47,078 nt of DNA from Parcubacteria group bacterium GW2011_GWD2_43_10 (GCA_000995845.1 LCEZ01000003.1:1-47078); one strand, 5' to 3'; positions 17,400 through 27,464 are shown, counted from the first letter of the stretch. Made by a program: numbers and translations. The notes: generated by a model from the letters alone, not told the origin.

Positions 17400-18795
17400 T
17401 ACTCAAACTGATAAAATTCCAGGTTCATATCAGTATGGTTTTCATGATGATGTGAAACCTGTTTATTCTATTCCGCCCGGGTTGTCGGCGCGAGTAGTGC
17501 AGGAAATATCACATATTAAAAATGAGCCCAGCTGGATGTTAGACCGGCGTTTAAAAGCACTGGAGGCTTTTGGTGAGCGTCCAGTGCCTGTTTGGGGAGC
17601 CAATCTTTTAGACATTGATTTTCAATCAATTTGTTATTATTTAAAACCATCAGAACGGCAAGTAGCTTCATGGGATAAGGTGCCGATTAAGATAAAACAG
17701 ACTTTTGATAAATTAGGCATTCCTCAGGCTGAACAAAAATTTTTGTCGGGCGTGGGGGCACAATACGACAGCGAGGCGATTTATCATAATTTGAAAGAAG
17801 AATGGAAAAAACAAGGCGTGATCTTTATGGACATGGATTCTGGTTTACGAGAACATCCTGAGATCGTGAAACAGTATTTTGGTACAGTGGTGCCTTTGAA
17901 TGATAATAAATTTGCCGCGCTCAATACGGCTACCTGGAGCGGCGGCAGTTTTGTTTATGTGCCGAAAGGTGTTCAGGTTACAGTGCCGTTGCAAGCTTAT
18001 TTCCGGCTGAATGCGCAAAATATGGGGCAATTTGAACGTACATTAATAATCGCTGAAGCTGGTAGCCTCGTAACTTATGTTGAAGGCTGTACCGCCCCAG
18101 TATATGCCGTAGATTCACTGCATTGTGCGGTGGTGGAAATAATCGCTAAGCCGTACTCACGTGTGCGTTACACTACTATGCAAAATTGGAGCAATGATGT
18201 GTATAATCTGGTAACCAAGCGCGCCATTGCTGAGGAGGGGGCTTGTGTAGAATGGGTTGACGGTAATTTCGGCAGCAAAGTTACTATGAAATACCCTAGC
18301 GTTTATATGAAAGGCCGAGGCTCAAGAGCTGATGTGCTATCTTTAGCTTATGCTGGACCAGGTCAGCATCAGGATGCCGGGGCTAAGGCTATGCATTTAG
18401 CTAGCGATACCTCATCAAATATAATTTCCAAGTCAATTTCCCGCGGTGGCGGGCGGACTAGTTACCGCGGGTTGTTGCATGTGGCAGCGCATGCTATAAA
18501 TTGCAAAGCCAAGGTCAAGTGCGACGCCTTGTTATTGGATGCTGAATCGCGTTCTGATACTTACCCGACTAATGATGTTAGGAATTCATCCGTTCAAGTG
18601 GAGCATGAGGCCACGGTTTCTAAAGTTGGCGAGGAGCAACTTTTTTATATGCGCTCGCGCGGACTAACAGAAAATGAAGCCACCAGTTTAATTGTGGCTG
18701 GTTTTATTGAACCCATTGCCCGCGAATTACCCATGGAGTATGCGGTGGAACTTAATCGTTTGATTGAATTAGAAATGGATGGCTCAGTCGGCTAG
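17389..18795 (+). CDS. sufB: Fe-S cluster assembly scaffold SufB
   Basis: Full-length SufB pattern including FERTLIIAEAGS, YTTMQNWS, SRGGGRTSYRG, EEQLFYMRSRGL. Confidence 0.95.
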   Translation: MLPNTQTDKIPGSYQYGFHDDVKPVYSIPPGLSARVVQEISHIKNEPSWMLDRRLKALEAFGERPVPVWGANLLDIDFQSICYYLKPSERQVASWDKVPIKIKQTFDKLGIPQAEQKFLSGVGAQYDSEAIYHNLKEEWKKQGVIFMDMDSGLREHPEIVKQYFGTVVPLNDNKFAALNTATWSGGSFVYVPKGVQVTVPLQAYFRLNAQNMGQFERTLIIAEAGSLVTYVEGCTAPVYAVDSLHCAVVEIIAKPYSRVRYTTMQNWSNDVYNLVTKRAIAEEGACVEWVDGNFGSKVTMKYPSVYMKGRGSRADVLSLAYAGPGQHQDAGAKAMHLASDTSSNIISKSISRGGGRTSYRGLLHVAAHAINCKAKVKCDALLLDAESRSDTYPTNDVRNSSVQVEHEATVSKVGEEQLFYMRSRGLTENEATSLIVAGFIEPIARELPMEYAVELNRLIELEMDGSVG

Positions 18796-19543
18796 CAAAT
18801 TTATGAGTGACGAGCAGATAAATTTAACTGCCGATACCACGTTGAGCATTGCGTCCAGGCAAGTAACCAGGTTGATTGTTGTATCTGCTAAGACTGAGGC
18901 CAAATTAACTCTGATAATAAATGAAGGAGCTGGCGTCCATTTAATTGTGCCACTAAGTGCCAATAAAGCGTCTTTTCAAATAAATGTAAAAACCCGAGCT
19001 CAATTCACTATGACACTATTAGGTTTAATTGATTTTGATAGTATGGGTGATATAAAGATTTCACTAACAGGTGAACAAGCTAAAGCTATAGTTGAGCTGG
19101 CGGTTGTTAGCCAGCAAACTAGTCAAACTAACTTTAATATTCGCTTAGAGCACTTATCAAACCGAACCACTGGCCGCATTAATTCACGCCGAGTTCAGCA
19201 AGATAAGTCAGCTAGTGTTCTAACTGGTTTATTGTATGTTGGTGAGAGAGGAAACGGTACAAACACTTATTTATCGGATAAAGTTTTACTCTTGGGAGAA
19301 TTAAGTCAGGTTAAATCAGACCCACAGTTAGAAATATTAGCCTGTGATGTTAAAGCTTCACACGGGGCGACTATTGGACAAATATCTGAAGAAGAACTTT
19401 TTTATTTACGCAGCCGAGGCTTGCCAAAATCAGTCGCCCAAAGTATACTAGTGCAGTCTTTTTTAATGCCAGCTTTAATTGGTGTACCATTAGAGATAAG
19501 GGATAAACTATTACATGAAGTATCAATTAGGCAAAACCCTTAA
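18779..19543 (+). CDS. sufD: SufD-like protein, short form (254 aa)
   Basis: C-terminal beta-helix and helical motif ASHGATIGQISEEELFYLRSRGL. Located between sufB and sufS. Lacks the long N-terminal domain of ~420 aa SufD. Confidence 0.8.
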   Translation: MAQSASKFMSDEQINLTADTTLSIASRQVTRLIVVSAKTEAKLTLIINEGAGVHLIVPLSANKASFQINVKTRAQFTMTLLGLIDFDSMGDIKISLTGEQAKAIVELAVVSQQTSQTNFNIRLEHLSNRTTGRINSRRVQQDKSASVLTGLLYVGERGNGTNTYLSDKVLLLGELSQVKSDPQLEILACDVKASHGATIGQISEEELFYLRSRGLPKSVAQSILVQSFLMPALIGVPLEIRDKLLHEVSIRQNP

Positions 19544-20711
19544 GGAGGAGTTTCCTATTTTCATCCACCACCGTGACCTGGTTTTTTTAGATAACGCGGC
19601 TTCTTGCCAAAAACCGAAAGTAGTCCTGGAAGCGATGGATAAACTTTACCGCACCTCATATGCCAATGTGCATCGGGGTGTTTATAGTATTTCCGAGGCC
19701 GCTACCAATATGTATGAAGAGTCTAGGGTAATGGTTGCCAAATTTATTAATGCTAAAACTGAGGCAGAAGTTATTTTTACTAGAAATGCCACTGAGGCTT
19801 TGAATGTAGCTGCTTTTTCCGTGGCCGAGCTCTTGCAGCCCGGCGATGAGGTGTTGCTGACGCAATTAGAACATCATGCCAGTCTAGTGCCTTGGCAAAT
19901 GGCAGCTAAAAAACATCAGCTTAAATTAAATTTTATACCGGTAAATAGCGAGGGTAGACTGGAATTAGAAAACATAGATAAAATAATAACCCCCCGCACC
20001 AAAGTTTTGGCCATTACTGCAATGTCCAATGTTACTGGCACAGTTACAGAATTGGACGTGCTGATACCAAAAGCTAAGGCGGCCGGGGCCATTGTTATTA
20101 TTGATGCCGCCCAAGCAGTTCAGCATTTGCCTTTGGATGTGCAAGCTTTAGGCTGTGATCTACTGGCTTTTTCGGGGCATAAGATTTTTGGCCCATCGGG
20201 CGTTGGTGTGCTCTGGGGTAAACTAGATTTATTGCAGAAATTGGAGCCATTTGAATACGGCGGCAATATGATAAGCGAGGTAAGTTACGCCACGGCAAGT
20301 TTTGCCGAGCCGCCGGCTAAATTTGAAGCTGGTACGCCACCCATTGCGGAAGTTATCGGCCTAGGAGCGGCTATAAAGTTTGTTCAAGAGATTGGCAGTG
20401 AGGCGATTTTAGAGTATGAAAACGACTTAACTGCTTATGGTTTAGAACAATTAAAAAAGGTACCTGGTTTGCGCTTGATTGGCCCAGCCGATCAACATTT
20501 AAGGGGCCCAGTGTTTGCTTTTGTTATGGAGGGTGTGCACCCGCATGATATTGCCAGTATTTTGGATGGAGGTCACTGTGCTATGCCTTTACATAAGCGC
20601 TTTGGTATACCGGCCACCACTCGGGCCTCTTTTACTATTTATAATTCCGAAGAAGACGTTGGGGCGCTAGTAGCAGGATTAAACAAAGCCAGGCAACTTT
20701 TGGTAATGTAA
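19515..20711 (+). CDS. sufS: Cysteine desulfurase SufS (group II)
   Basis: FLDNAAS, HRGVY, SGHKIFGPSGVGVLWG (PLP lysine), GGHCAMPL (catalytic Cys). Confidence 0.9.
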   Translation: MKYQLGKTLKEEFPIFIHHRDLVFLDNAASCQKPKVVLEAMDKLYRTSYANVHRGVYSISEAATNMYEESRVMVAKFINAKTEAEVIFTRNATEALNVAAFSVAELLQPGDEVLLTQLEHHASLVPWQMAAKKHQLKLNFIPVNSEGRLELENIDKIITPRTKVLAITAMSNVTGTVTELDVLIPKAKAAGAIVIIDAAQAVQHLPLDVQALGCDLLAFSGHKIFGPSGVGVLWGKLDLLQKLEPFEYGGNMISEVSYATASFAEPPAKFEAGTPPIAEVIGLGAAIKFVQEIGSEAILEYENDLTAYGLEQLKKVPGLRLIGPADQHLRGPVFAFVMEGVHPHDIASILDGGHCAMPLHKRFGIPATTRASFTIYNSEEDVGALVAGLNKARQLLVM

Positions 20712-20714
20712 AAT

Positions 20715-21077
20715 ATGGACTTATACCAGCAGAATATTTTAGATTATTATCGGCATCCAAGATGCAACCAAAAAATAACTGAGGCTAACTACAGCGCGGA
20801 AGTCTCTAACCCATTATGCGGTGACAGGATTGAGATTTATTTGCAAACCTCAGGCGATAAAATTAAGCAAGCCGTCTGGCAAGGTGAAGGCTGTGTACTT
20901 TCATTAGCCGCGGCTGATATGCTAGCTGAATATTTGCAAAATAAATCGTTGACGGCTATTGATACGATTGATAAGGATTGGATTATAAAAACCTTAGGAG
21001 TTAATCCTAGCCCTAGTCGTTTAAAATGTGCACTTTTACCGCTAGAGGCTCTAAAGAAATCTTTAGCTAACAATTAA
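20715..21077 (+). CDS. sufU: SufU/IscU-type sulfur acceptor/scaffold
   Basis: NPLCGD, GEGCVLSLAAADM, LKCALLPLEAL give the three conserved Cys. Confidence 0.8.
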   Translation: MDLYQQNILDYYRHPRCNQKITEANYSAEVSNPLCGDRIEIYLQTSGDKIKQAVWQGEGCVLSLAAADMLAEYLQNKSLTAIDTIDKDWIIKTLGVNPSPSRLKCALLPLEALKKSLANN

Positions 21078-21089
21078 TCAATTAAATAT

Positions 21090-21482
21090 ATGCCAGGCTA
21101 TGTTACTGATTTAGAAAAAATGACTTTAGTTAATAATAATTTTAGGCAAGTGTTGTATACAGCCCGGCACAGCCAGTTAGTGTTAATGAGTTTAAAAGTA
21201 GGAGAAGATATTGGTGAGGAAATTCATGAGCTGGATCAATTTCTGCGAGTTGAAGCCGGTCAAGGCCAGGCGGTTTTGAATGGCGTGGAATATGAATTAA
21301 GTGATGGTAGCGCGGTAGTAGTGCCGGCGGGCGTTAAACATAATATTATAAATATCGGTGAAACACCCTTAAAGCTTTATACGGTTTATAGCCCGCCGGA
21401 ACATAAGGCGGGGGTGGTGCGGGCAACTAAAAAAGAAGCGCTCGAGCAAGAGGAGCACTTTGATGGCCAAACTACTGAATAG
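21090..21482 (+). CDS. Cupin-domain protein
   Basis: GEEIHELDQFLRVEAGQG...VVVPAGVKHNIINIG matches the two cupin motifs. Confidence 0.7.
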   Translation: MPGYVTDLEKMTLVNNNFRQVLYTARHSQLVLMSLKVGEDIGEEIHELDQFLRVEAGQGQAVLNGVEYELSDGSAVVVPAGVKHNIINIGETPLKLYTVYSPPEHKAGVVRATKKEALEQEEHFDGQTTE

Positions 21483-21831
21483 TTTGGCGCTTACGGAAGT
21501 AATCAGCTGCTAAGGCGGAAGTTAAGCCGACCGCGCCGTGAAAGAAGTGTTCCGGAACTTCCAGATGAACAATATCACCTAAATTAGGCCAAAAAATCCC
21601 GATCATCATTAATAATAAATTTGTTATAGCTAGACCTTGGAGGTAAGTAAGCTGGCTTTTTGTAGTTGACTGACCAAAACCTAATTTAAGACCAATTGCC
21701 CCCAAGACTACATAAATAAAGCTTTGAAATAGGTCAAATTGAATCAAATATAAAACATTAGGCATAAAAAAGCCTAATAGGCCAATAACAAACATTAAAC
21801 TGCCAAAGAAAGCTGTAATTTTATTGATCAT
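21472..21831 (-). CDS. Small four-TM membrane protein (DUF4383-like)
   Basis: The track ORF runs to 21891. I prefer the internal Met (MINKITAFFGSLMFVIGLLGFF) at 21831, because the longer form overlaps the divergent pfkB start at 21883. Confidence 0.5.
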   Translation of the reverse strand: MINKITAFFGSLMFVIGLLGFFMPNVLYLIQFDLFQSFIYVVLGAIGLKLGFGQSTTKSQLTYLQGLAITNLLLMMIGIFWPNLGDIVHLEVPEHFFHGAVGLTSALAADYFRKRQTIQ

Positions 21832-21882
21832 ATTATACAGATAGTATACTAAGGTAATTAATTTTATGCTACAATTAAACTT

Positions 21883-22872
21883 ATGGAACACAGAGTTTGT
21901 GTTATTGGTGGCTCTACTTGGGACGCGCTTTTTACAACTGCCCAGGCAGATTTAATGCATGTTGGCGGTCGGCGAACTGAGCCGGTTTTAGCTTTTCCTT
22001 ATGGCGGCAAAGTGGATGCAGTGGAGGTGATGTATGGTTTTGGCGGCGGAGCCGCCAATGTAGCGGTGAGTTTGGCACATTTGGGAATTAGGACTGATGT
22101 TATTACTCGGGTGGGGTCAGATTGGCGGGGCCAGGAAATTATAAAGAATTTTCACAAACTTGGTGTTAGCACTAAATTGGTACAACATGACAGAAAAGAA
22201 AAAACCGCTTTGGCTTTTATTGTGACAGCGGGGCGAGGGCATGATCACGTGGCGTTTGTTTCTCGGGGGGCAACGCGTAATTTAACTATACCTACACGTT
22301 TACCAGAAAAATACCAGTGGTGTTATGTTACAGCCCTAGCGGTATCAGATTGGTATGACCGCTTAGAAAAATTATTCCGCAGTTTTCATGCGCAAGGTGG
22401 TAAAATTTTTTGGAATCCAGGCGCGATCCAATTGGCTGAATCTAAAAAAGTGGCCAGCTTATTGAAATATGTTAGTGTGATTGATTTGAATAATGATGAA
22501 GTTGCTATCTTGCTTAAGAAATTGAAAGGCAGTCGTTTAAGTTCCATGGCGGCGTTAGTTAAAGGTTTAAAGAACTTTGGGCCCGAGTTTGCATTGGTAA
22601 CTTGTGGTCAAAAAGGTGCTTATCTTTATGATGGCTCCAAAATGATTTATCATCCGATTTACAAAGTTAAACCAGCTAATACTACTGGAGCAGGAGATGC
22701 TTTTGGTGCTGGCTGGCTAGCGGGTTACTTGGCCTCAGGCTGGAATCTTAATGTTGCGATGCAATGGGGCATGCTAAACTCCAATTCAGTCATAATGCAT
22801 GTTGGCGCTCAGAAGGGGATTTTAAGCCTTAGTACCTTGCCTAAATTCCGAGCCATATATGACCCATCGTAG
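21883..22872 (+). CDS. PfkB-family carbohydrate/nucleoside kinase
   Basis: GGGAANVAV and NTTGAGDAFGAGWLAG (PfkB signature 2). Confidence 0.85.
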   Translation: MEHRVCVIGGSTWDALFTTAQADLMHVGGRRTEPVLAFPYGGKVDAVEVMYGFGGGAANVAVSLAHLGIRTDVITRVGSDWRGQEIIKNFHKLGVSTKLVQHDRKEKTALAFIVTAGRGHDHVAFVSRGATRNLTIPTRLPEKYQWCYVTALAVSDWYDRLEKLFRSFHAQGGKIFWNPGAIQLAESKKVASLLKYVSVIDLNNDEVAILLKKLKGSRLSSMAALVKGLKNFGPEFALVTCGQKGAYLYDGSKMIYHPIYKVKPANTTGAGDAFGAGWLAGYLASGWNLNVAMQWGMLNSNSVIMHVGAQKGILSLSTLPKFRAIYDPS

Positions 22873-23440
22873 CGTACCAATTGAAGTTTCAGCGCGGCAC
22901 ATCCACCTTTCGCCAGAGCATTTGGCTGCTTTGTTTGGCAATAATGCAGCCTTAACTGTTTTTAAAAAAATATCACAACCAGGTCAATTTGCGGCCAATG
23001 AAGCTGTTACCATATTAGGATCAAAAGGGCGACTAAATTTACGGGTGGTCGGCCCAGCTAGGCCGGAAACCCAAGTAGAACTATCTTCTACTGATGCTAT
23101 TTTTTTGGGGTTAAAGCCAGCCTTAAGAGTATCAGGTGATTTAAATAATACTTCTGGCTGCCGCTTGCAAGGCCCGGCTGGTAAACTTGAACTTAATCAT
23201 GGTGTAGTGGTAGCTCAGCGGCATTTGCATATTTCACCGCAAGAGGCTCACGAATTTGGACTTAAGCACGGTGATATTATTTCAATAAAAACTGAAAGTA
23301 CCAGGCCCGTAACCTTTCATAATGTTTACGTACGCAGTCGCGATGGTATAGATGAGCTTTCTTTTATGATAGATACTGATGAAGCTAACGCGGCTGGGCT
23401 TAAGGGCGGAGAGAAAGCAGTTATTATGGATAATTTATGA
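22859..23440 (+). CDS. pduL: PduL-type phosphate acyltransferase (phosphotransacetylase function)
   Basis: Duplicated motif IEVSARHIHLSPEHL..LFG and VVAQRHLHISPQEA is the PduL hallmark. Confidence 0.85.
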   Translation: MTHRSVPIEVSARHIHLSPEHLAALFGNNAALTVFKKISQPGQFAANEAVTILGSKGRLNLRVVGPARPETQVELSSTDAIFLGLKPALRVSGDLNNTSGCRLQGPAGKLELNHGVVVAQRHLHISPQEAHEFGLKHGDIISIKTESTRPVTFHNVYVRSRDGIDELSFMIDTDEANAAGLKGGEKAVIMDNL

Positions 23441-24600
23441 AATTGAAAGATAAAAGTTCTTATATATTAGTGTTTAACGCAGGTAGTGCCACTCTAAAGT
23501 GGGCTTTATATGAGGAAGACGGTTTGGTTGAAGCGGGACGCGGTACCGTAGAGCGGATTGGTGAGCGCGGCAGTTTTGCCGAGTGGCGCTTATTTGGCAA
23601 GCTAAGTGTTAAACAATTAAAATTTTCTGATCATAAACAAGCCGTGGGTTATATAGTTAAGATGCTAGCCTGGCATAAATTATTAGGCAGCATTAGTTTA
23701 GTAGGACATCGTATTGTATATGGCGGTCAATTATTTATCGCGCCAGTTAAATTAACCAAGGAAGTAATTAATCGTTTAGAAAAATTACCATCTCTAGCGC
23801 CCCTGCATAATCCTGTGGAATTAGCAGTTGCTAAGGCGGCCAGTAAATTGTTACCCAAGGTTAAACAAATAGCGGAGTTTGATACTGCCTGGTTCGCTCA
23901 TTTACCGCTTGAAAGCCAGACTTATGCCTTACCGCGGCTATTAAATAAAAAATATGGCTTGAAGAAGTACGGCTTTCATGGTTTATCCCATAATTATGTT
24001 ACAAATGAGGCTGCCAGAATTTTAGGTAAAAAAACAGAACAAGTTAATTTAGTAACTTGTCATTTAGGTAGTGGCAGCAGTGTAGCTGCAGTCCGTGCCG
24101 GTAAACCAATTGATACTTCAATGGGCTTTACCCCCTTAGCTGGTTTAGTGATGTGCACTCGGGCGGGTGATGTTGATCCTGGATTATTACTGTATTTAGC
24201 AAAGCAACCAGGTTTTTCTATAAAAAAGCTAGATCAATTATTAAACCATGAGTCTGGTCTTAAGGGTATGACGGGGGTAGCTGATATGCGTGAGGTTTTA
24301 ACCATGGCAGGTTATGAAGTACTTGGTTTTAGGGTAAAAAAATTAGTTTCAGCCTCAGACCGACAGCAAGCCAAGTTAGCCTTAAAAGTTTATTTATATA
24401 ATTTGCAAAAATACATAGGGGCTTATGCCGCTATTTTAGGTCGAGTAGATGCCATAGTTTTCACTGGCGGCATTGGTGAGCGCAATGAAGTCGTGCGTAA
24501 TTTGACCATGCAGGGCCTGCCTACGCTTAAAAATGTATCTGTTTTAGCTATACCAACTAATGAGGAATTAGCCATTGCTAGGCAGATTATTAATAATTAG
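23437..24600 (+). CDS. ackA: Acetate kinase
   Basis: VFNAGSATLKW, GHRIVYGG, YGFHGLSH, CHLGSGSSV, FTGGIGERN. Confidence 0.95.
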   Translation: MKLKDKSSYILVFNAGSATLKWALYEEDGLVEAGRGTVERIGERGSFAEWRLFGKLSVKQLKFSDHKQAVGYIVKMLAWHKLLGSISLVGHRIVYGGQLFIAPVKLTKEVINRLEKLPSLAPLHNPVELAVAKAASKLLPKVKQIAEFDTAWFAHLPLESQTYALPRLLNKKYGLKKYGFHGLSHNYVTNEAARILGKKTEQVNLVTCHLGSGSSVAAVRAGKPIDTSMGFTPLAGLVMCTRAGDVDPGLLLYLAKQPGFSIKKLDQLLNHESGLKGMTGVADMREVLTMAGYEVLGFRVKKLVSASDRQQAKLALKVYLYNLQKYIGAYAAILGRVDAIVFTGGIGERNEVVRNLTMQGLPTLKNVSVLAIPTNEELAIARQIINN

Positions 24601-24612
24601 CAAAACATTTTT

Positions 24613-24876
24613 ATGAGCCAAAAATCATTACGCTTAGAAATTTTAGAAAATGTCTCTAAGTTAGCCACAGCTGGTTTAGGCTTGGTCGCGGCTTTGGCCT
24701 GGAATGATGCTATTCAAACCTTATTTAAGATGATATTTGGCGAACAATCAGCTGTTTGGGCCAAATTTGTTTATGCTTTATTAGTGACAGCGCTAGTCGT
24801 CGTTATAACAATGAGGCTGAGTAATCTTATTGATAAAATAAAGCAAAATAAAGAAGATGACAGTGAAGGTCAATAA
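24613..24876 (+). CDS. Small membrane protein (DUF5654-like)
   Basis: 87 aa with two hydrophobic helices. GLGLVAALAWNDAIQTLF resembles DUF5654 (from memory). Confidence 0.5.
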   Translation: MSQKSLRLEILENVSKLATAGLGLVAALAWNDAIQTLFKMIFGEQSAVWAKFVYALLVTALVVVITMRLSNLIDKIKQNKEDDSEGQ

Positions 24877-26590
24877 TCTTAATTGGAAGATAGGAGGGGA
24901 AGCAGGCTACGGCATACTGTCGGCTGGCGAGATTTTTGCTTATGCCTGTGCTCATGGCGGCTTGGAAACCTTTGCTTATCTGGAGTACCCGTCATTAATC
25001 AGAGGTGGACATAATACTTATCAAGTTTTAGTGAGGGAAGATAATGTTCAATCACACAGCTCGCAGGTTGATTTACTAGTGGCTTTAAATAAAGAAACAA
25101 TTGATCGTCATTTGACTGAAGTGGTTAAGGATGGGGCTTTGGTTTATGACAGTAATGAGAAAGACTTGCGAGATTATGTTTGCAGTCGGGCTGATGCTGG
25201 CTGTTTGGGCGTTCCTTTAGAAGATTTAACTAAGCAAGCCGGAGGAGAAAAAGTAATGAGGAATATGGTAGCGGTCGGAGTAAGTTTTGGTCTGGTTAAG
25301 TATCCTTATGATTTTATAGTGGAACTGATTGACCAGGTTTTTAGTAAAAAAGGCGCTAAGATGGTGCAGCTTAATCAAGCCGCCGCTAAGGCTGGCTATG
25401 ATTATGCCCAAACTAATTTTGCTGAAAAATTTGATTATCAATTAAAAGTTAAACTTAACAAAGATCAGAGGATGCTGATTAATGGCAATGAAGCTATTGC
25501 TCTAGGTGCGATCAAAGCTGGTTTGAAATTTTATGCAGCCTACCCTATGACACCAGCGACATCAATTTTACATTATTTAGTTGCTCAAGAAAGAGATTAT
25601 AAGCTGGTAGTAAAACAAACTGAGGATGAAATTGCGGCTATGAACATGGTGGTTGGTGCTTCGTTTGCGGGCGTGAGGAGTATGACAGCAACCTCAGGCG
25701 GCGGTTTTGCCTTAATGTCAGAAGCTTTAGGCTTAGCCGGCATGACAGAATGTGGCACTGTGGTAGTAATAGCTCAGCGCCCAGGGCCGGCAACAGGGTT
25801 GCCAACTTGGACTGAACAAGGTGATTTAAGATTTGCTTTACATGCCGGTCAAGGAGATTTTCCACGGGTCGTATTAGCTCCGGGTGACCCAGAAGAATGT
25901 TTTTATATGACGTTTCAAGCTCATAATTTGGCAGACAAATATCAACTGCCTGTTATTGTGTTGACTGACAAGTATATGGCAGAAGCTAGACAAACTGTAC
26001 CATTTTTTAATACAGAAAGTTTAAAATTAGATAGAGGTGAGTTGGCCGACACTTCAAAATTATCGGCTGATGCCAGATTTGCTCGCTATGCCATGACGCC
26101 TAGCGGTGTAAGTCAAAGGTCTATTCCCAGCCAACCTGGAGGTGTGTTCGCAGTTAACAGCGATGAGCATGATGATACTGGCATGGCTAACGAAGAGGCT
26201 GATACTCGGCAAGCGCAAATGGATAAGCGAATGAAAAAATTGCAAGCTCTACGCAGTGAAATTCAAGAGCCAGTAAAACTTTATGGTCCAAAAGAAGCCG
26301 AGGTGACGCTGGTAGGCTGGGGCAGTACCAAAGGGCCAATACTAGAAGCAATGAAAAAAAGTAAGAATATTAACTTTTTGCAAATTCGTTGTTTAGAGCC
26401 ATTTCCGGTAAAGGAAGTTGATACCGTGTTGCGGCAAGCTAAAAGGCGAGTGCTAATTGAAAATAATTATTCTGGACAATTAGGTGGCCTTATACGCGAG
26501 CGCACCGGTATTGATATTACGGACAAATTCTTGAAGTATGATGGTCGTCCAATTCATCCTGAGGAAATAATTACTTATGTCAACAGTTAA
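24857..26590 (+). CDS. 2-oxoacid:ferredoxin oxidoreductase, alpha subunit (gamma-alpha fused form)
   Basis: N-terminal gamma-like IGGEAGYGILSAGE, then the alpha domain NGNEAIALGAIKAG..FYAAYPMTPAT...TSGGGFALMSE. Confidence 0.9.
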   Translation: MTVKVNNLNWKIGGEAGYGILSAGEIFAYACAHGGLETFAYLEYPSLIRGGHNTYQVLVREDNVQSHSSQVDLLVALNKETIDRHLTEVVKDGALVYDSNEKDLRDYVCSRADAGCLGVPLEDLTKQAGGEKVMRNMVAVGVSFGLVKYPYDFIVELIDQVFSKKGAKMVQLNQAAAKAGYDYAQTNFAEKFDYQLKVKLNKDQRMLINGNEAIALGAIKAGLKFYAAYPMTPATSILHYLVAQERDYKLVVKQTEDEIAAMNMVVGASFAGVRSMTATSGGGFALMSEALGLAGMTECGTVVVIAQRPGPATGLPTWTEQGDLRFALHAGQGDFPRVVLAPGDPEECFYMTFQAHNLADKYQLPVIVLTDKYMAEARQTVPFFNTESLKLDRGELADTSKLSADARFARYAMTPSGVSQRSIPSQPGGVFAVNSDEHDDTGMANEEADTRQAQMDKRMKKLQALRSEIQEPVKLYGPKEAEVTLVGWGSTKGPILEAMKKSKNINFLQIRCLEPFPVKEVDTVLRQAKRRVLIENNYSGQLGGLIRERTGIDITDKFLKYDGRPIHPEEIITYVNS

Positions 26591-27464
26591 AGATTTTGAA
26601 ACCAGCCAATTTCCCACTTGGTGCCCAGGGTGCGGTGACTTTGGTATTTGGACTGCACTAAAGAATGCTTTTGTGGAGCAGGGTTTGTTACCGCATCAAA
26701 CTTGCGTGGTTTTTGGCATTGGTTGTTCCGGTAATATGGCGAGCTTCCTAAATGTTTATGGGTTTCATGGATTGCATGGACGTTCCATACCAGTAGCCAC
26801 CGGCATAAAACTTGCTAATCATAAATTACCAGTGGTTGCTATAGGTGGAGACGGTGATGGCTATGGCATTGGCTTGGGGCATTTAATTCATGCCATGCGC
26901 CGAAATGTTGATATAACATATGTAGTTCATAATAATCAGATTTACGGGCTTACCAAGGGGCAAACTTCACCAACCAGTGAACACGGGTTGGTTACAAAAT
27001 CCACACCTTTTGGGGCTATTGAAATGCCAATTGACCCGATTGCCTTAGCCATAGATGTCGGCGCCACTTATGTGGCCCGCGGATTCTCTGGCAATGCCAA
27101 GCAATTAACCGAGCTTATTATTGGCGGTATGAAACACAAAGGCTTTGCTTTAATTGATGTCATGCAGCCCTGTGTTACTTATAACCACCTTAATACTTTT
27201 CATTGGTTTTACCAGCGCCTTTATGAACTAGATAAAGAAGGCCATGATCCAGCTGATAAAGCCAAAGCTTGGGCTCGGGCCATGGAGTGGCCAACACAGC
27301 TAAAAGTGGATGAAAACCGGGTAGATAGGATACCGACCGGCTTGTTTTATCAGGAGAGCAGAGCAACTTATACAGATGAGTTGCCCCAATTATCCGACCA
27401 AGCCCTGGTGGAGCAGACCTTGGGAAATATCCAAATTGAGCCGTTAATGAAAAAGATATCTTAA
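26577..27464 (+). CDS. 2-oxoacid:ferredoxin oxidoreductase, beta (TPP-binding) subunit
   Basis: WCPGCGDFGI, GIGCSG, GGDGDGYGIG, NNQIYGLTKGQ. Confidence 0.9.
   Translation: MSTVKDFETSQFPTWCPGCGDFGIWTALKNAFVEQGLLPHQTCVVFGIGCSGNMASFLNVYGFHGLHGRSIPVATGIKLANHKLPVVAIGGDGDGYGIGLGHLIHAMRRNVDITYVVHNNQIYGLTKGQTSPTSEHGLVTKSTPFGAIEMPIDPIALAIDVGATYVARGFSGNAKQLTELIIGGMKHKGFALIDVMQPCVTYNHLNTFHWFYQRLYELDKEGHDPADKAKAWARAMEWPTQLKVDENRVDRIPTGLFYQESRATYTDELPQLSDQALVEQTLGNIQIEPLMKKIS

Noticed and set aside
21832-21891. The longer N-terminal extension of the minus-strand membrane protein (track start 21891).
   Set aside because: It would overlap the divergent pfkB start codon. It adds a non-hydrophobic, Tyr/Leu-rich leader. 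The internal Met begins directly at the first TM helix.
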